Made by a program: the position numbers and the translations under genes
DNA from: Gordius albopunctatus
Lineage: Eukaryota
Length of the DNA: 64,000 nucleotides
Assembly: GCA_964276515.1 (NCBI GenBank)
Contig: OZ193910.1
Span: 3,720,001-3,784,000, forward strand
Reading direction: 5' to 3'
The notes under the pieces: model-generated
Told to the model about the DNA's origin: nothing
What the model saw: only the letters and a program-made list of their open reading frames with translations
Database searches by the model: none
Shown here: in pieces, positions 63,521 through 64,000 of the stretch
Position numbering within the stretch: the first letter of the stretch is position 1
Layout of the letters: the number at the start of each line of letters is the position of its first letter

Positions 63521-64000
63521 AATAAATTTTTTAGATATTCGTAAATCGAATACAGATTATAATATATTGAATATGACATTTGTAGGCAACATTTTTAAAA
63601 AGACTAACTGCCTATGCATTTAATAGACACAAAGGTAGAACTGAAAAGTTTTACCGCAGTAAAACATAAAAATTGGTTTGTTGAATTCAGTTGAAAACAT
63701 TTATGCAGATTAATACCTAATTTTGTGAAATGTTCTTTATATAATAATGCATCGATACTTATTAACTTACATTTACAACCCCTTTCAAATATACTATTAT
63801 AACAAGTTTTGATTTTGTAACATCACGGAACCTTAGTAAAAAAATTGTTTACAAATATTTTTAACGTTATAAAGCAGACTAAAAATTACTTTGCGAAAAT
63901 GTCAATTAATAAGCAATTGAGGAAACAGTATTATTATATTTAGCAAAGCGAATTTTGAAAATAACTATAGGCTTTATTTTCTTGAAGGGTATCGTGTCGC

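Overview
AT-rich eukaryotic (most likely invertebrate animal) genomic DNA, not prokaryotic. Bases 1-35 kb are a dense nest of transposable elements. They include two full-length Ty3/Gypsy LTR retrotransposons (4935-9595; 13096-20404), the second split by an intact RTE LINE (15060-18150), plus CRE-type non-LTR fragments, a mariner fragment, Helitron/Helentron termini and helicase remnant, and a captured intron-containing fragment of the splicing gene crooked neck. Two spliced host genes that the ORF track misses because of very short (33-40 nt) introns can be reconstructed by eye: COQ6 (37423-~44082, +) and a TRF-like telobox Myb gene (59046-60435, +). The right half also has many hAT-type non-autonomous elements with 8-bp TSDs, tandem arrays and an acidic orphan ORF (53201-54040, -). 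I found no CRISPR array, rRNA or complete tRNA. All protein family calls come from motif recognition, not database searches.
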